Below are positions 9,405 through 19,343 of a DNA stretch of 57,457 bases, one piece after another. The stretch is from Candidatus Nanoarchaeia archaeon (GTDB lineage Archaea > Nanobdellota > Nanobdellia > Woesearchaeales > GW2011-AR9), in contig DATDWB010000048.1 in assembly GCA_035289845.1 (NCBI GenBank), positions 1 through 57,457 of the forward strand. The letters run 5' to 3'. Every line of letters starts with the position of its first letter. Positions within the stretch are counted from its first letter, which is position 1. The notes under the pieces were generated by a model. It searched no databases. It worked only from the letters and a program-made list of their open reading frames with translations, and was not told the DNA's origin. Position numbers and translations under genes: made by a program.

Positions 9405-10178
9405 ATGGATCAGGATTTGGAACGGTTGTTAATAAATAACTATGACAGGCTTACAGAAGAAAGTGGACTAGAATGTACCGCATTGGTAGTTAAATACGTT
9501 GCAGAGAATTCACCTAGTGCTGTTGCTAATGAGAGTGTGTACACCATAAAGAATGTAACCAAAGTTGGACACCACGTGATGGATAAATATCCCGAGTTAG
9601 TTAACAGAATTGTAGTTAGATTATTTGATTATTGTATGGTTGGAGCTAACAAAGCACGAGAAAAAAGACTAATTGCGATAGCCGCTCATTTTCTGGGTTA
9701 TGGAGCAGATTTTGCCAATAGAATATATAAAGATACTAAAGATTTGAATTGGCTTATTAGGGCTCATGAGAAGAATAAAGAATCAGCGAATTTAACCAAA
9801 AATCTAGATCAAAAATATTCTAGAATAGCCCTCGAAATTGAATCTAAACGTACCATAATGTTATTTGAGATTACCGGAGATATAAAATGGATGATTGAAC
9901 GTTATGAAGCAGATATTCAGTGTGCAAAAATGAGCGATAATAAAAAATATACCTACCATAAACTAAGCTTTGCTGGAGATTCAGCCAATGAAGTTTTTAA
10001 TAAAACTCGTAACAAAATGTGGGCCCAACAGGCCTTAAGCTGTTACGAACTTGCAGTGGATTATTTTAAAAAAAATCCTTATCCAGTGATAGAAAAGTCA
10101 GTGAGAATAATGGAAACAAAAATAAAACAACTTAAATACCTCCTCAAATTACCCCCAACACCTTCTTCCTCCCGGTAG
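9405..10178 (+). CDS. Hypothetical protein (257 aa)
   Basis: ORF track only. The 3' end overlaps the convergent DUF167 gene by about 35 nt. Confidence 0.4.
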   Translation: MDQDLERLLINNYDRLTEESGLECTALVVKYVAENSPSAVANESVYTIKNVTKVGHHVMDKYPELVNRIVVRLFDYCMVGANKAREKRLIAIAAHFLGYGADFANRIYKDTKDLNWLIRAHEKNKESANLTKNLDQKYSRIALEIESKRTIMLFEITGDIKWMIERYEADIQCAKMSDNKKYTYHKLSFAGDSANEVFNKTRNKMWAQQALSCYELAVDYFKKNPYPVIEKSVRIMETKIKQLKYLLKLPPTPSSSR

Positions 10179-10377
10179 CTCCTGAAACAATCTCCACCCT
10201 TAAACCGCATTCCTTCTTTAATAATTTTATAACCGCCAAATTAGCTTTGTTCTTATCCGGGACGGCTTTAACATAAATTTTAATTGCATCCCCACCTAAG
10301 ATTATTTTTTCCTGAGAAGAATGGGGTATAACTTTCACTGAAATATGACCCTGCTTTATGTATTTCTTAATATCCAT
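10144..10377 (-). CDS. DUF167/YggU (UPF0235) family protein
   Basis: Pattern ISVKVIPHSS...IKIYVKAVPDKNKANLAVIKLL...VEIVSGATGRKKVL matches the YggU consensus (PnA...apP.dGkAN...G.tsR.K). Confidence 0.7.
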   Translation of the reverse strand: MDIKKYIKQGHISVKVIPHSSQEKIILGGDAIKIYVKAVPDKNKANLAVIKLLKKECGLRVEIVSGATGRKKVLGVI

Positions 10378-10443
10378 CTTATAGTTTAAATGGATAAGAG
10401 TATATAAGTTTGCCCAAAAACTTTTAAAATAGGTTTACTCCCA

Positions 10444-11139
10444 ATGATGCTGGGGGAAATGGGCAGCATAAAAATAACACTGGAAACTCTGTACGATATC
10501 TTACGTAATGAAAAGAAACGGGAGGAGCTGCAGGAATTAGAAAGCACCTTTTTTATAGACTTAGTCAGCTATCTTAGAGAAAAAAAGTCCCTATTGGAAG
10601 AGAAAGAAAACAACAGCAGCATCTTTGCTGCCGGGGAAAAAGAAAAGTTAGAGTACGAATTGAGAAGTATAAGAAGAATTTTAAAAGAGATTTATGAAAA
10701 ACGAGAGAAGAAAATCATTGATATTGCCCTAAACCGAAGCCGGACGGGATCAGATATAATTGACAGTGGAGCCATGCTACGGGAAGAAAAAGAATTTTAT
10801 GAACGAGTTCTTAAAAGTTTAGATCTGTATCGTAGAGGAGTATTGCACCAATTATTCCTAGCTGAATTGCCTAATGTTTATGGAGAGAAGGTTAGTTTAA
10901 ATTTGCAGGAAGGAAGGATTAAGATGCCTAGTCCGGTTCTGGGGGTTCTGGAAAAAGCAGAAGAAAATACTGCCTTAGATCTTAATCACAAAGTAAAAGT
11001 TCGCTTTACTAATCCGGTGCCCAGTTTTGTGTGGAAAGATATGAAAGTTTATGGTCCGTTTGATAAAGGCGAGGAAACGGACATTTTTCAGGAAGTTGCT
11101 AATTTACTGGTTAGGAAAGGAAGAGCTGAAAAAGTTTAA
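10444..11139 (+). CDS. Possible GINS subunit (Gins51-like)
   Basis: N-terminal LETLYDILRNEKKREELQELESTFFIDLVSYLRE and C-terminal VKVRFTNPVPSFVWKDMKVYGPFDKGEETDIFQEVANLLVRKGRA resemble archaeal Gins51 A and B domains, from memory only. Confidence 0.45.
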   Translation: MMLGEMGSIKITLETLYDILRNEKKREELQELESTFFIDLVSYLREKKSLLEEKENNSSIFAAGEKEKLEYELRSIRRILKEIYEKREKKIIDIALNRSRTGSDIIDSGAMLREEKEFYERVLKSLDLYRRGVLHQLFLAELPNVYGEKVSLNLQEGRIKMPSPVLGVLEKAEENTALDLNHKVKVRFTNPVPSFVWKDMKVYGPFDKGEETDIFQEVANLLVRKGRAEKV

Positions 11140-11164
11140 AAAACAGCTTCAATTCTAATAAGTA

Positions 11165-11821
11165 ATGAAAAAAATACTTACGGCCGATAACAGCGAAACT
11201 TTCCTAAACGAACAACTTAAAGAAACCTATCACTCCCAAACCGGAGCAGTAGAAGAGGCTTTAAAAAAATATGCCGAACCCTGTAAAATTGCGGAAAGGG
11301 CGCGCCAGGGATCAATAAAAATTCTAGACATTTGTTTTGGGATGGGTTACAACTCCGCCATGGCTATTGAGGTAGCGCTGAAAGAAAATCCGCACTGTGA
11401 AATTGAAATTGTAGGTTTAGAATATGATCCAGAGATTATCAGTAAAATTCAGGAAGTCAATCCCCCTATAGGATTTTTTTCTAATTTCAAACAGTTGACC
11501 CCTAAAACTTTATCTTTCAATTATGGAACAGTTAAGGTGCAGGTTATCCTAGGTGACGCTAGAGAAACTATTAAGAAATTACCGCCGGATTATTTTGATA
11601 CCGTATTTTTTGATCCATTTTCCCCCAAAACTTCTCCCGAAATGTGGCAGGTTCCTTTCTTTAAAGAAATTTATCGGGTGATGAATAAAAAAGCAATCCT
11701 ATCTACTTATTCCTGCGCTAGGATGGCTAGGGAGAACATGGCCAGAGCCGGACTGGTATACGATGATGGACCAGCCGTTGGGCGAAGAGGACCGGGGACG
11801 ATTGCTTGGAAGTGGGTGTGA
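11165..11821 (+). CDS. MnmC-like/DUF752 SAM-dependent methyltransferase
   Basis: ILDICFGMGYNS plus FDTVFFDPFSPKTSPEMWQVPFF...ILSTYS...AGL match the MnmC methyltransferase-domain motif D..FLD.F.P..NP.MW. Confidence 0.65.
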   Translation: MKKILTADNSETFLNEQLKETYHSQTGAVEEALKKYAEPCKIAERARQGSIKILDICFGMGYNSAMAIEVALKENPHCEIEIVGLEYDPEIISKIQEVNPPIGFFSNFKQLTPKTLSFNYGTVKVQVILGDARETIKKLPPDYFDTVFFDPFSPKTSPEMWQVPFFKEIYRVMNKKAILSTYSCARMARENMARAGLVYDDGPAVGRRGPGTIAWKWV

Positions 11822-11830
11822 GAACAGTTC

Positions 11831-12439
11831 TCACTTCTTATTTCTTCCTCGTTTCTTCACCGCTTCCAACCGCTGTAGCACTGTTTCAAAACCCATACTT
11901 TCTTCTTCATAGCCTTTCAAGACCGAAGTGAATATTTCCGGATACAACTGATTATGGGTGCTTTCCAACGCCCGATCCAACAGAAACAAGTCCACCGCCT
12001 TGTCCTCAACTTTCTCTGAAAAGAATGACAGCCCAAAATCAATAAAATTAACTTCCCCGGTTTCAGAATGCTTAATTAAATTTGAAGTAGTCAAATCGCC
12101 GTGAATGATGTCCGCTTGATGCAATTGAGCAATTCTATTTCCAATTTCCACTGCCAGCTGCTGAAAATTATTATCTCTTAACAATAGATCCTTTAATTTT
12201 TCTCCCGGCACAAAATCCATGGTTATTGACATCCGTTTATCAGAAAAGTCCCGTAAGTGGGGTGCTGGAAAATTTAGGTAGTCTAGCCTATCCAAAATTT
12301 TAGCTTCCCTTCTAGTCCTAAATTTACGCAAGGATTCATCTAATTGGGGCCAGCGGTAAGCTTTAGACAACCGTTCTTTTATTACTAAACGGTCATCTTG
12401 ATAGATTACTGCTTCCGCACCTTGAGCTAGTTTATTCAT
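11831..12439 (-). CDS. bud32: Bud32/PRPK kinase (KEOPS subunit)
   Basis: GAEAVIY glycine loop, VIKER, IIHGDLTTSNLI catalytic loop, IDFGLS; size is 202 aa. Confidence 0.8.
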   Translation of the reverse strand: MNKLAQGAEAVIYQDDRLVIKERLSKAYRWPQLDESLRKFRTRREAKILDRLDYLNFPAPHLRDFSDKRMSITMDFVPGEKLKDLLLRDNNFQQLAVEIGNRIAQLHQADIIHGDLTTSNLIKHSETGEVNFIDFGLSFFSEKVEDKAVDLFLLDRALESTHNQLYPEIFTSVLKGYEEESMGFETVLQRLEAVKKRGRNKK

Positions 12440-12495
12440 CTAACTTAAGAAACAAATCTATTATAAAAAGTTATGGGAAGAAAAATAAATAACCC

Positions 12496-12837
12496 CTAAA
12501 TCCTTTTCAAAACTGCCTCAATCTTCTGTTTCAACATTGGTTTGGGTGAAAAGCCAACAATTCGGTCAAATTCTTGGCCGTTATGAAATACGATCAAACA
12601 AGGTATTCCACTAACCTCATTCTCTATAGCTTTATCCGGGTAATCTTCAGTAGATATTTTAGCAAATTTTAATTTCCCAGCATATTCCTGACTCAATTCC
12701 TCAAATACCGGAGCCATCATTTTACAGGGTCCGCACCATTCTGCCCAGAAATCAACAATTACGGGAATTTTAGATTGCAATACTTCAGAATCAAAATTTT
12801 GTTCAGTTAATACAGTTGCCATTTTATTTTCCTCCAT
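12496..12837 (-). CDS. trx: Thioredoxin
   Basis: [16 protein letters not shown] active site and GIPCLIVF motif. Confidence 0.9.
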   Translation of the reverse strand: MEENKMATVLTEQNFDSEVLQSKIPVIVDFWAEWCGPCKMMAPVFEELSQEYAGKLKFAKISTEDYPDKAIENEVSGIPCLIVFHNGQEFDRIVGFSPKPMLKQKIEAVLKRI

Positions 12838-12929
12838 TTAACCTAAAACAACAGGTTATTTATTTGTTTTTCTGTATAAAATACTCCATAATAAAAATCT
12901 TTATAAAAACCTCTCTTATCCTTTATTTC

Positions 12930-13187
12930 ATGCCTGATGAAACTAGAACCGAGCTGATAAACATCCTAGATGAATGCGATATCCAAGCTTTTGAACTAAA
13001 TACCAGCAGTAGGACACTGCACATTAAATATAAAGAAGATTTTGACAATTTTTACCCCAAATTAAGTGCTAACCCCAAAGTTAACACCCCAGAGTATGGA
13101 ACACCTTATCATTTTGGCAAGGTCGCTTTTTTTGATTATAAAGGTTGGAGAGTTCAGGGAGGCATAACTATTACCAAGTCTAATTAA
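12930..13187 (+). CDS. Hypothetical protein (85 aa from ATG 12930)
   Basis: The upstream part of track ORF 12816..13187 overlaps the thioredoxin start. An internal ATG follows an AT-rich promoter-like stretch. Confidence 0.35.
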   Translation: MPDETRTELINILDECDIQAFELNTSSRTLHIKYKEDFDNFYPKLSANPKVNTPEYGTPYHFGKVAFFDYKGWRVQGGITITKSN

Positions 13188-13741
13188 ATTGCTCTGCCGA
13201 TCCAGAGAATAATTAATATTCCTGCCGTATGCAGTAAGTAAGCTAAAACTATAAATTTTTTAAGTGAAAGTCCGCGCATTGAAGATAATAAAGTTACCCC
13301 AATCTCCGTAGGCAGGGGGGAAGCAATCAGAAAACCGGCAAAAACAAGGTTAACATATTTACGCAACGATCCAAATAATCTCTTCTCTCTCGACTTAAGG
13401 TATTGGAAGGTCTTTTCCCTCCCTAACTTTTTCAGTTCTAGCTTAAAAGATCTCCTAATCAGTAAAAAAATAACTGTATCGCTAACTAAGGCTCCAAAAC
13501 CCGCCAACAATCCCGCTAGGAGGATATTATATTCATTAGCCAACAGCAATAAAACTGCAGTTGCTGGGGCGGCAGTAAAACCATAAGCATAAAAAAATCC
13601 TCCTAACAGTAGGCCAACATAACCTAAAGATAACAAAAAAGTATTGAATGGAGAATAGGTCTTACCAACATAAAATAGGATTACTGAAAGTATTATTGTA
13701 ATCATCAAAATCGACAGCCGGGGAAATTTTAGTTTAAGCAT
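13184..13741 (-). CDS. Integral membrane protein (about 5 TM; DedA/VTT-like is only a guess)
   Basis: Hydrophobic segments throughout and a basic loop RRSFKLELKKLGREK. Confidence 0.5.
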   Translation of the reverse strand: MLKLKFPRLSILMITIILSVILFYVGKTYSPFNTFLLSLGYVGLLLGGFFYAYGFTAAPATAVLLLLANEYNILLAGLLAGFGALVSDTVIFLLIRRSFKLELKKLGREKTFQYLKSREKRLFGSLRKYVNLVFAGFLIASPLPTEIGVTLLSSMRGLSLKKFIVLAYLLHTAGILIILWIGRAI

Positions 13742-13835
13742 TTAATAATATAACACGAGAATAGTTTATATAAATTTCTTTCGACCAAAGAAAAACATTT
13801 ATATATCTTAAATAGCTTCTTTAATCATTAAAAAA

Positions 13836-14984
13836 ATGGTTAGATGTAAGCTTATTGTCCCGGTTTTATTATTAATTTCGCTATTAGCTCTTCCATCAGT
13901 TTTATCTCAAGAACAATGCCTGTATTATTTCTACGGCCGGGATTGTGAAGAATGCATACCTGCTACTGCTTATCTAACCAATTTGCAAACCAGCAATCTT
14001 GAACTTAAGATAGAACAACTTGAATCCTACCACCACCGTCAAAATGCCCAATTATTGGATAAATATTTCTTAGCCTACCAAGTCCCTGCCGAAAGTCAAG
14101 GTCTGCCAGCCGTGTTCCTGGCCGGAACCTATCTAATAGGTTCTAAACCTATACTAGAACTAACCGAAGGAGTAATTAAAGACAATCCTGAATTACCTTG
14201 TCCAGGACTAGACGCCTTAGAAGCTGTGGGAGTGGTAGGGGAAAGCGGACCAAGTAATGTCCTAGGAACACTTAGCTTGGGAAAAATTATTTCTTCCGCA
14301 CTAAAACATAGTTTTTCTCCGGTCATGCTATCTTTACTGGTGCTGGTACTTTTTTTCCTAACAGCTAAAAAGAACCAAGCAGTTAATCGAGGCATTTATT
14401 TTATTAGTACTATTTTTACAATATACATCTTATTTGGGCTAGGATTGTTTGGATTTATTCTTCCTGCAGATGCTCTTCCGATTATATTTTACAAATTAAT
14501 CGCTATCGTAGTTATCGCTTTCGCCGGCTGGAAAATTATAATCTTCCTCCATCCTAAGATATTTAGTTTAGAACATATCCAGCAAATGGAATCCTTCTTA
14601 GAACGCAACCTAAGCTCAATTCCGGCAGTAATTTTTACCGGCATAATTAGCGCCATTTTGACTCTGGCGGGGTCAAGTGAGATCTTCCTCTTGCTGCGGG
14701 AAATTTATATGGAAGCCCATTTTCGCGGGGCGGTGATATCTTTAAATTTATTTAACCTTATTTTATCAATGTGGCTATTGATAGGTGCGGTAATTATTTA
14801 TTGGTTTATAACAATTAGAGCTGGAAAAAATAAAGTAGAAAATAATAAACAATCTAATAAAAAAGTTAGAACACTTAATCCCCAGCTAGCTGAAAATAAG
14901 AAAGCAGCTTTAACCCCCTCTACTGCTGAAGCTCTTGACCAATTAGAAGAAGCGATGATCCCAACTCCAAAAAAAGAAAACTAA
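13836..14984 (+). CDS. Membrane protein with N-terminal secreted glutaredoxin/thioredoxin-like CxxC domain
   Basis: Signal peptide, YGRDCEEC (CxxC) and LPAVFLAGTYLIG (Grx-like VP.vFi.G motif), then about 6-8 TM segments and a K-rich tail. Confidence 0.5.
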   Translation: MVRCKLIVPVLLLISLLALPSVLSQEQCLYYFYGRDCEECIPATAYLTNLQTSNLELKIEQLESYHHRQNAQLLDKYFLAYQVPAESQGLPAVFLAGTYLIGSKPILELTEGVIKDNPELPCPGLDALEAVGVVGESGPSNVLGTLSLGKIISSALKHSFSPVMLSLLVLVLFFLTAKKNQAVNRGIYFISTIFTIYILFGLGLFGFILPADALPIIFYKLIAIVVIAFAGWKIIIFLHPKIFSLEHIQQMESFLERNLSSIPAVIFTGIISAILTLAGSSEIFLLLREIYMEAHFRGAVISLNLFNLILSMWLLIGAVIIYWFITIRAGKNKVENNKQSNKKVRTLNPQLAENKKAALTPSTAEALDQLEEAMIPTPKKEN

Positions 14985-14986
14985 AA

Positions 14987-15079
14987 ATGGAAACTAAAAA
15001 AACTGTAAACTACAATGTACTTAATTTTATCATTTATGGTATTATCTTAGTACTGGGATTAGTATTATTGTTTGTTTGA
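14987..15079 (+). CDS. Possible 30-aa single-TM micropeptide
   Basis: Read by eye: METKKTVNYNVLNFIIYGIILVLGLVLLFV, starting 3 nt after the upstream stop. No other support. Confidence 0.2.
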   Translation: METKKTVNYNVLNFIIYGIILVLGLVLLFV

Positions 15080-15095
15080 GATTGGTTATATTACT

Positions 15096-15236
15096 TATAG
15101 AGAAGTTTTAATAGAGAAGTTTGAAAAATAGTAATTTTGGTAAATATATCGTTTGTTTAATGCCAAAATTACGTTTATTTCAAATTCTCTTTAGAAGTTT
15201 GCGGATAAATAATTTAATTATGCAAACTTCTCAATA
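15096..15236. repeat. Composite palindromic repeat (partial terminus, inverted type B, type C)
   Basis: The core of 15113-15190 is the reverse complement of the core of 7357-7435 (taattttggtaaatatatcgtttgtttaatgccaaaattacg versus rc of cgtaattttgaccttaaacaaacaatatattaaccaaaatta). 15193-15231 is a type C copy. Confidence 0.85.
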
Positions 15237-15296
15237 GTTTGCCAAAGCCTTCTATACCAAAAATTTATAATCCTAATTATTTATTTAAGGTTAAGT

Positions 15297-15947
15297 ATGC
15301 CTTCCAAAAATATTATTAAAACCATTTTCTCTCTCTTAGAAAAAAAACATCACCTTACCATGTTAGAGGAACTGAAAGATTATACTCCCTTCCAAAAACT
15401 GGTTGCTACCCTGCTCAGCGCCCGAACTAAAGACTCCACTACTATTCCTATTGTAAAAAAATTATTCCAAGATTGTCCCACCCCGGAAAAGATCCTTAAT
15501 CTAGACCTTAAAGTGCTAGAAAAAAGGCTTTACAGCATCGGGTTTTATAAAAATAAAGCTAATCACGTGCAAAAGTTAAGTAAGTTAGTAGTTGAAAAAT
15601 ACCAGGGTAAAGTACCAGAAAATTTTGATGAACTGGTATCACTGCCCGGTGTCGGCCGGAAAACAGCCAATTGTCTGCTAAATTATGCTTTCCACCAGCC
15701 GGCTATTGCGGTTGATACTCACGTTCATCGAATAGCTAACCGTTTAGAATGGGTAAAGACCACTAAACCAGAAGAAACAGAATTTCAACTAAAAAAAATT
15801 ATTCCTAAAGAGTTATGGGTAAAAGTCAATTCCCTGCTTGTCGGACACGGACAAACAATCTGTTCACCCATTAATCCTAAATGTTCGATCTGTCCTATTT
15901 TAAAATATTGTCCGTTTGGCAAGCAAAGAATGGAGAAAAAATCATAA
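15297..15947 (+). CDS. nth: Endonuclease III (HhH-GPD DNA glycosylase with 4Fe-4S cluster)
   Basis: LPGVGRKTANCLL hairpin-helix, VDTHVHR, and C-terminal CSPINPKCSICPILKYC cluster. Confidence 0.9.
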   Translation: MPSKNIIKTIFSLLEKKHHLTMLEELKDYTPFQKLVATLLSARTKDSTTIPIVKKLFQDCPTPEKILNLDLKVLEKRLYSIGFYKNKANHVQKLSKLVVEKYQGKVPENFDELVSLPGVGRKTANCLLNYAFHQPAIAVDTHVHRIANRLEWVKTTKPEETEFQLKKIIPKELWVKVNSLLVGHGQTICSPINPKCSICPILKYCPFGKQRMEKKS

Positions 15948-16544
15948 AAACTTCCGCACCTTCCTTAAATCGCTAGACTTATTTATCTTCAGAGTATTAA
16001 ATCCCAATTTATGCGGGATTAAAATATCCTCTAGGGGATCATCGCCAATCATTAAACATTTTGATGGAACCAATTTTTTTCTGGCTATAAGTTTTGTCCA
16101 ATAGGTTATATCATTCTTCAAGCAACCGGCATCATCCTGAGAAAAAATAAAATCAACCTGCTTAGAGAGCGAATATTTAGTTAAATAGACCAAAATAGTC
16201 TTTCGCATAGAGTTAGAGACAATGCCTATTTTTTTCTTCCGCTTCTTTATTTCTTTAAATATATCTGCCACCTTATCGTGCAGGGGCCATAAAATATTGA
16301 TCTGTTTTCCCAGTACAGTATAATACATTTTTAACAGACCCAACCCCCGGCATAAATCACCGGTATCCCAGCGTCCATATTTATTCTTTTTCAAACCAAG
16401 CTTCTTAGCTTTTAGATCTAATTCTAGAGCAGTAATGTTTAATCTTTTTTTAATTAGGAACAAGATAGGAGAGTAAATCTCTGCATAAATTTTAGTATCA
16501 ATCAGCGTATCATCCAAGTCAAACAAATAGGTACTTATTGACAT
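15942..16544 (-). CDS. HAD-superfamily hydrolase
   Basis: YLFDLDDTLI (DxDxT), VSNS, IGDDPLEDI. Start set at ATG 16544, immediately after the stop of the upstream gene; the track ORF extends to 16595. Confidence 0.75.
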   Translation of the reverse strand: MSISTYLFDLDDTLIDTKIYAEIYSPILFLIKKRLNITALELDLKAKKLGLKKNKYGRWDTGDLCRGLGLLKMYYTVLGKQINILWPLHDKVADIFKEIKKRKKKIGIVSNSMRKTILVYLTKYSLSKQVDFIFSQDDAGCLKNDITYWTKLIARKKLVPSKCLMIGDDPLEDILIPHKLGFNTLKINKSSDLRKVRKFL

Positions 16545-16546
16545 AA

Positions 16547-16789
16547 TCAAAATTTCTCCAACTTGCCCAACTCCACCAAAGCAAAAGTAAACCAAACTAG
16601 ATTTAGGATCATAAATGGCCAGCTGTATAAAGTATAAGCATAATACATCATCAGCCCTGAACCTATTAAATTAAACATATTATATTTGACTGTTCTAGAA
16701 TTCCACGAGCGGGTAAAAATATTTAAGGCAAAGGCTAGAACTAATAAAATCATACCCGCTATCCCAATTAATAAATTAACTCCTACCAT
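16547..16789 (-). CDS. Small membrane protein (80 aa, 3 TM)
   Basis: Three hydrophobic segments; tightly packed upstream of the HAD gene. Confidence 0.45.
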   Translation of the reverse strand: MVGVNLLIGIAGMILLVLAFALNIFTRSWNSRTVKYNMFNLIGSGLMMYYAYTLYSWPFMILNLVWFTFALVELGKLEKF

Positions 16790-16829
16790 ATCTTATCCTC
16801 AGACATTCTTAACCTCTGCATTTAAACTC

Positions 16830-17450
16830 CTACCTCCAACTCTTTTTAATACCATCTCCAGCTTTCTTATCCTTCAGATCTTTTCGAGCTAAATCAATAA
16901 CATTCTGTCCAATCTGCTGGATAAGCTTAGTTTGCTTGCGGGAGATTTTAATTATATCCCCCCAATGCTGGTGATGTGGAAGGCCATTAAAATATTTTTT
17001 TTCCGGTTTAGATAAATATTTGGTTACTATTTCATTTATTTCCAGATAGGTTTTGGAAGCAGTCTTAACTAAACGGGCACAGGATTTAACTTCAGCTATG
17101 GTTTTAGATATATTCAAGGCATCATCAGTTAGAATTTGGGAGGTAATATATCTTGATTTGTTGTTATTTTGCTGCAAATTAGAGAGAGCTAAGCCTCGGA
17201 GATAGGTCACATATAAGTTAATCTTATCCTTAATCGATTGACTCTGCTCCAATTCTTTCAATTGTTTCCAGAACATATCAATTTGAGGGCCTAAATTAGC
17301 CCTTTTTTTAGCTGAAAGCCGTCTTAATGAAGGCAGCTGGGAATTAGTGTTATCCCTTAGTGGCTTAATCCAACACTTTCTAAAAGCTTTAAGAGCATAA
17401 TCCACCCTAGATAGGGTTTCAGCTTCCTCCCGCAGGGCACGCAGATCCAT
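16830..17450 (-). CDS. Hypothetical protein (206 aa)
   Basis: ORF track only; looks helical. Confidence 0.4.
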   Translation of the reverse strand: MDLRALREEAETLSRVDYALKAFRKCWIKPLRDNTNSQLPSLRRLSAKKRANLGPQIDMFWKQLKELEQSQSIKDKINLYVTYLRGLALSNLQQNNNKSRYITSQILTDDALNISKTIAEVKSCARLVKTASKTYLEINEIVTKYLSKPEKKYFNGLPHHQHWGDIIKISRKQTKLIQQIGQNVIDLARKDLKDKKAGDGIKKSWR

Positions 17451-17588
17451 AATTAATATATAAATAAGGAATTTTATAAAGGTTGCGACAGACTATTATA
17501 TTAGGTTAAGGAACCTCCCAAATTAAACAAAACCTTTATAAACACCAAGCCAAAATAAAACCTAAAATAATCAAGATAGGTCCAAATA

Positions 17589-18167
17589 ATGTTCTATAAA
17601 CTAAAAGTTAAGGATTATATCCGAGTTCCGCCCAACATGTTTAGCTTTGGAAAAGAGGAATCGATCCTAAAAAACGTTAAAACCACTTATGAGAACTATG
17701 TTTCCAAAGATTTTGGGTTCGTAATCAATGTGATAACTGTCGGTGAAGTCCAGGAAGGAGTAATCGTGCCTGGGGATGGAGCCGCTTTTTATGAAACTGA
17801 GTTTGAATTACTGACCTATAAACCAGAATTAAATGAAATGGTATTTGGCAAGGTACGGGATATTACTGATTTTGGAGCTTTTATTGATATTGGTGGAGCG
17901 GAGGGTATGGTTCACATATCCCAAAGTATGGACGATTTCGTATCTTTCAGCAAGGATAAGGTTTTATTAGGTAAAAAAACCAACCGAAGTATAAAAGTTG
18001 GCGACCGCTGTAAAACTAGAATTATAGCTGTTAGTTATAAAGATCTAAACAGCCCTAAGATTGGTTTAACCATGCGCCAAGAAGGCCTAGGAAAACTAGA
18101 TTGGTTAGAAGAGCCTTTGCCCCTGGTCCAAACAAATTCCAAAAAAAATAAAGTAGAGTCTGAATAA
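17589..18167 (+). CDS. rpo7: DNA-directed RNA polymerase subunit E' (Rpo7)
   Basis: MFYKLKVKDYIRVPPNMF N-terminus and S1 domain (GKVRDITDFGAFIDIGGAEGMVHIS). Confidence 0.9.
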   Translation: MFYKLKVKDYIRVPPNMFSFGKEESILKNVKTTYENYVSKDFGFVINVITVGEVQEGVIVPGDGAAFYETEFELLTYKPELNEMVFGKVRDITDFGAFIDIGGAEGMVHISQSMDDFVSFSKDKVLLGKKTNRSIKVGDRCKTRIIAVSYKDLNSPKIGLTMRQEGLGKLDWLEEPLPLVQTNSKKNKVESE

Positions 18168-18188
18168 TAACCTTTAACGCTTGATAAA

Positions 18189-18377
18189 ATGTCTAAGAAA
18201 AAAGTTTGCAAAAAATGTAAATTGTTTGTGGAAGGAGACACCTGTCCAATTTGTAAGTCAGCTAACTTTAGCACCAGCTGGCAGGGAAGAGTTTATATAA
18301 CCGATACCGAAAATTCATTAATCGCCAATAAAATGGGACTAAAACTTAAAGGAGAATATGCCATCAAAGTAAGGTAG
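18189..18377 (+). CDS. spt4: Transcription elongation factor Spt4 / RpoE''
   Basis: CKKCKLFVEGDTCPICKS zinc ribbon plus SWQGRVYITD; sits immediately after rpo7, as in the conserved archaeal cluster. Confidence 0.85.
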   Translation: MSKKKVCKKCKLFVEGDTCPICKSANFSTSWQGRVYITDTENSLIANKMGLKLKGEYAIKVR

Positions 18378-18386
18378 GAAAACAAT

Positions 18387-18719
18387 ATGGAATTAACTAT
18401 AACCAGCAAGAAAGTTAACCAATTATTACAACGAACTGAAGTTGAAGGAAAAATAGTTTTCAAATCTGAAACCCCCAGTAATAAGGAAGTTATCGAAAAA
18501 ATAGCTAAAGAGTTTAAAGTTGACAACTTCTTGGTTGTTATGAGAACAATCCAAACTATTTTTGGTCAAAAAACGGCTAGATTCGCAGCCCTAGTCTACA
18601 ACAGTTTAAAAGATAAGACTGGCACCGAACAATTAACCAGTCATCAGAGAAAGAAACTGGAAGAAGAAAAGAAAAAACAAGCTGAAGAAAAAAAGAAAGC
18701 TGCGCAGTCAGATGAATAA
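18387..18719 (+). CDS. rps24e: Ribosomal protein S24e
   Basis: NQLLQRTEVEGKIVF...ETPSNKEV pattern and a K/E-rich tail; position in the rpo7-spt4-S24e-S27ae cluster. Confidence 0.8.
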   Translation: MELTITSKKVNQLLQRTEVEGKIVFKSETPSNKEVIEKIAKEFKVDNFLVVMRTIQTIFGQKTARFAALVYNSLKDKTGTEQLTSHQRKKLEEEKKKQAEEKKKAAQSDE

Positions 18720-18777
18720 AATTAATATAGCACCCTAAACTAAAAAATAAATTTTAAAAAAAATACAGTGAATTATT

Positions 18778-18999
18778 ATGGGAAAAACTAAAGGCGCAAA
18801 AAAAGTCGATAAAGTCAAGAAAGATAAGACTAAGAAAGAAGGCAAAAAATTAAGTGACTTGTATTCTATTTCTGGAAGCAAATTGGAACGTAAAAATAAA
18901 ATCTGCCCTAAATGTGGTCCAGGGATGTTTATGGCAGTACATTCTAACCGTTTAGTATGCGGCAAGTGTAAATATACAGAATACCAAAAGAAAAATTAA
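18778..18999 (+). CDS. rps27ae: Ribosomal protein S27ae
   Basis: CPKCGPGMFMAVHSNRLVCGKCKYTEY zinc ribbon after a K-rich N-terminus. Confidence 0.85.
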   Translation: MGKTKGAKKVDKVKKDKTKKEGKKLSDLYSISGSKLERKNKICPKCGPGMFMAVHSNRLVCGKCKYTEYQKKN

Positions 19000-19000
19000 A

Positions 19001-19312
19001 GTGGGTGTAATGTCTAATAAAACGATTTATGTTTCTAAAGAAATTATAAAAACTACTGCTAATGAAGGGTATGTATTGTTTGTTTACGAAACTATCGGTA
19101 GCGGAGGAAAAAATATCAGTCAAACAACCACCTATATACCTAACCTAGAATATAATCAACTGTTTGCTTGTATCCTAGATTTAAAAAAAAAGCATCCTTC
19201 TATTAACTTAGAAAGTGGTCTTCCCCCTAATTTAAATGGTGATGATTTTTATAGATATAAGTACGGCGGACTAGATCCCTATACCTTAGATCAATTAATT
19301 AATGCTCAATAA
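19001..19312 (+). CDS. Hypothetical protein (103 aa)
   Basis: ORF track only (GTG start; alternative ATG at 19010). Confidence 0.35.
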   Translation: MGVMSNKTIYVSKEIIKTTANEGYVLFVYETIGSGGKNISQTTTYIPNLEYNQLFACILDLKKKHPSINLESGLPPNLNGDDFYRYKYGGLDPYTLDQLINAQ

Positions 19313-19343
19313 AATTCTAGACCACATCCTAAATTATAATCAC

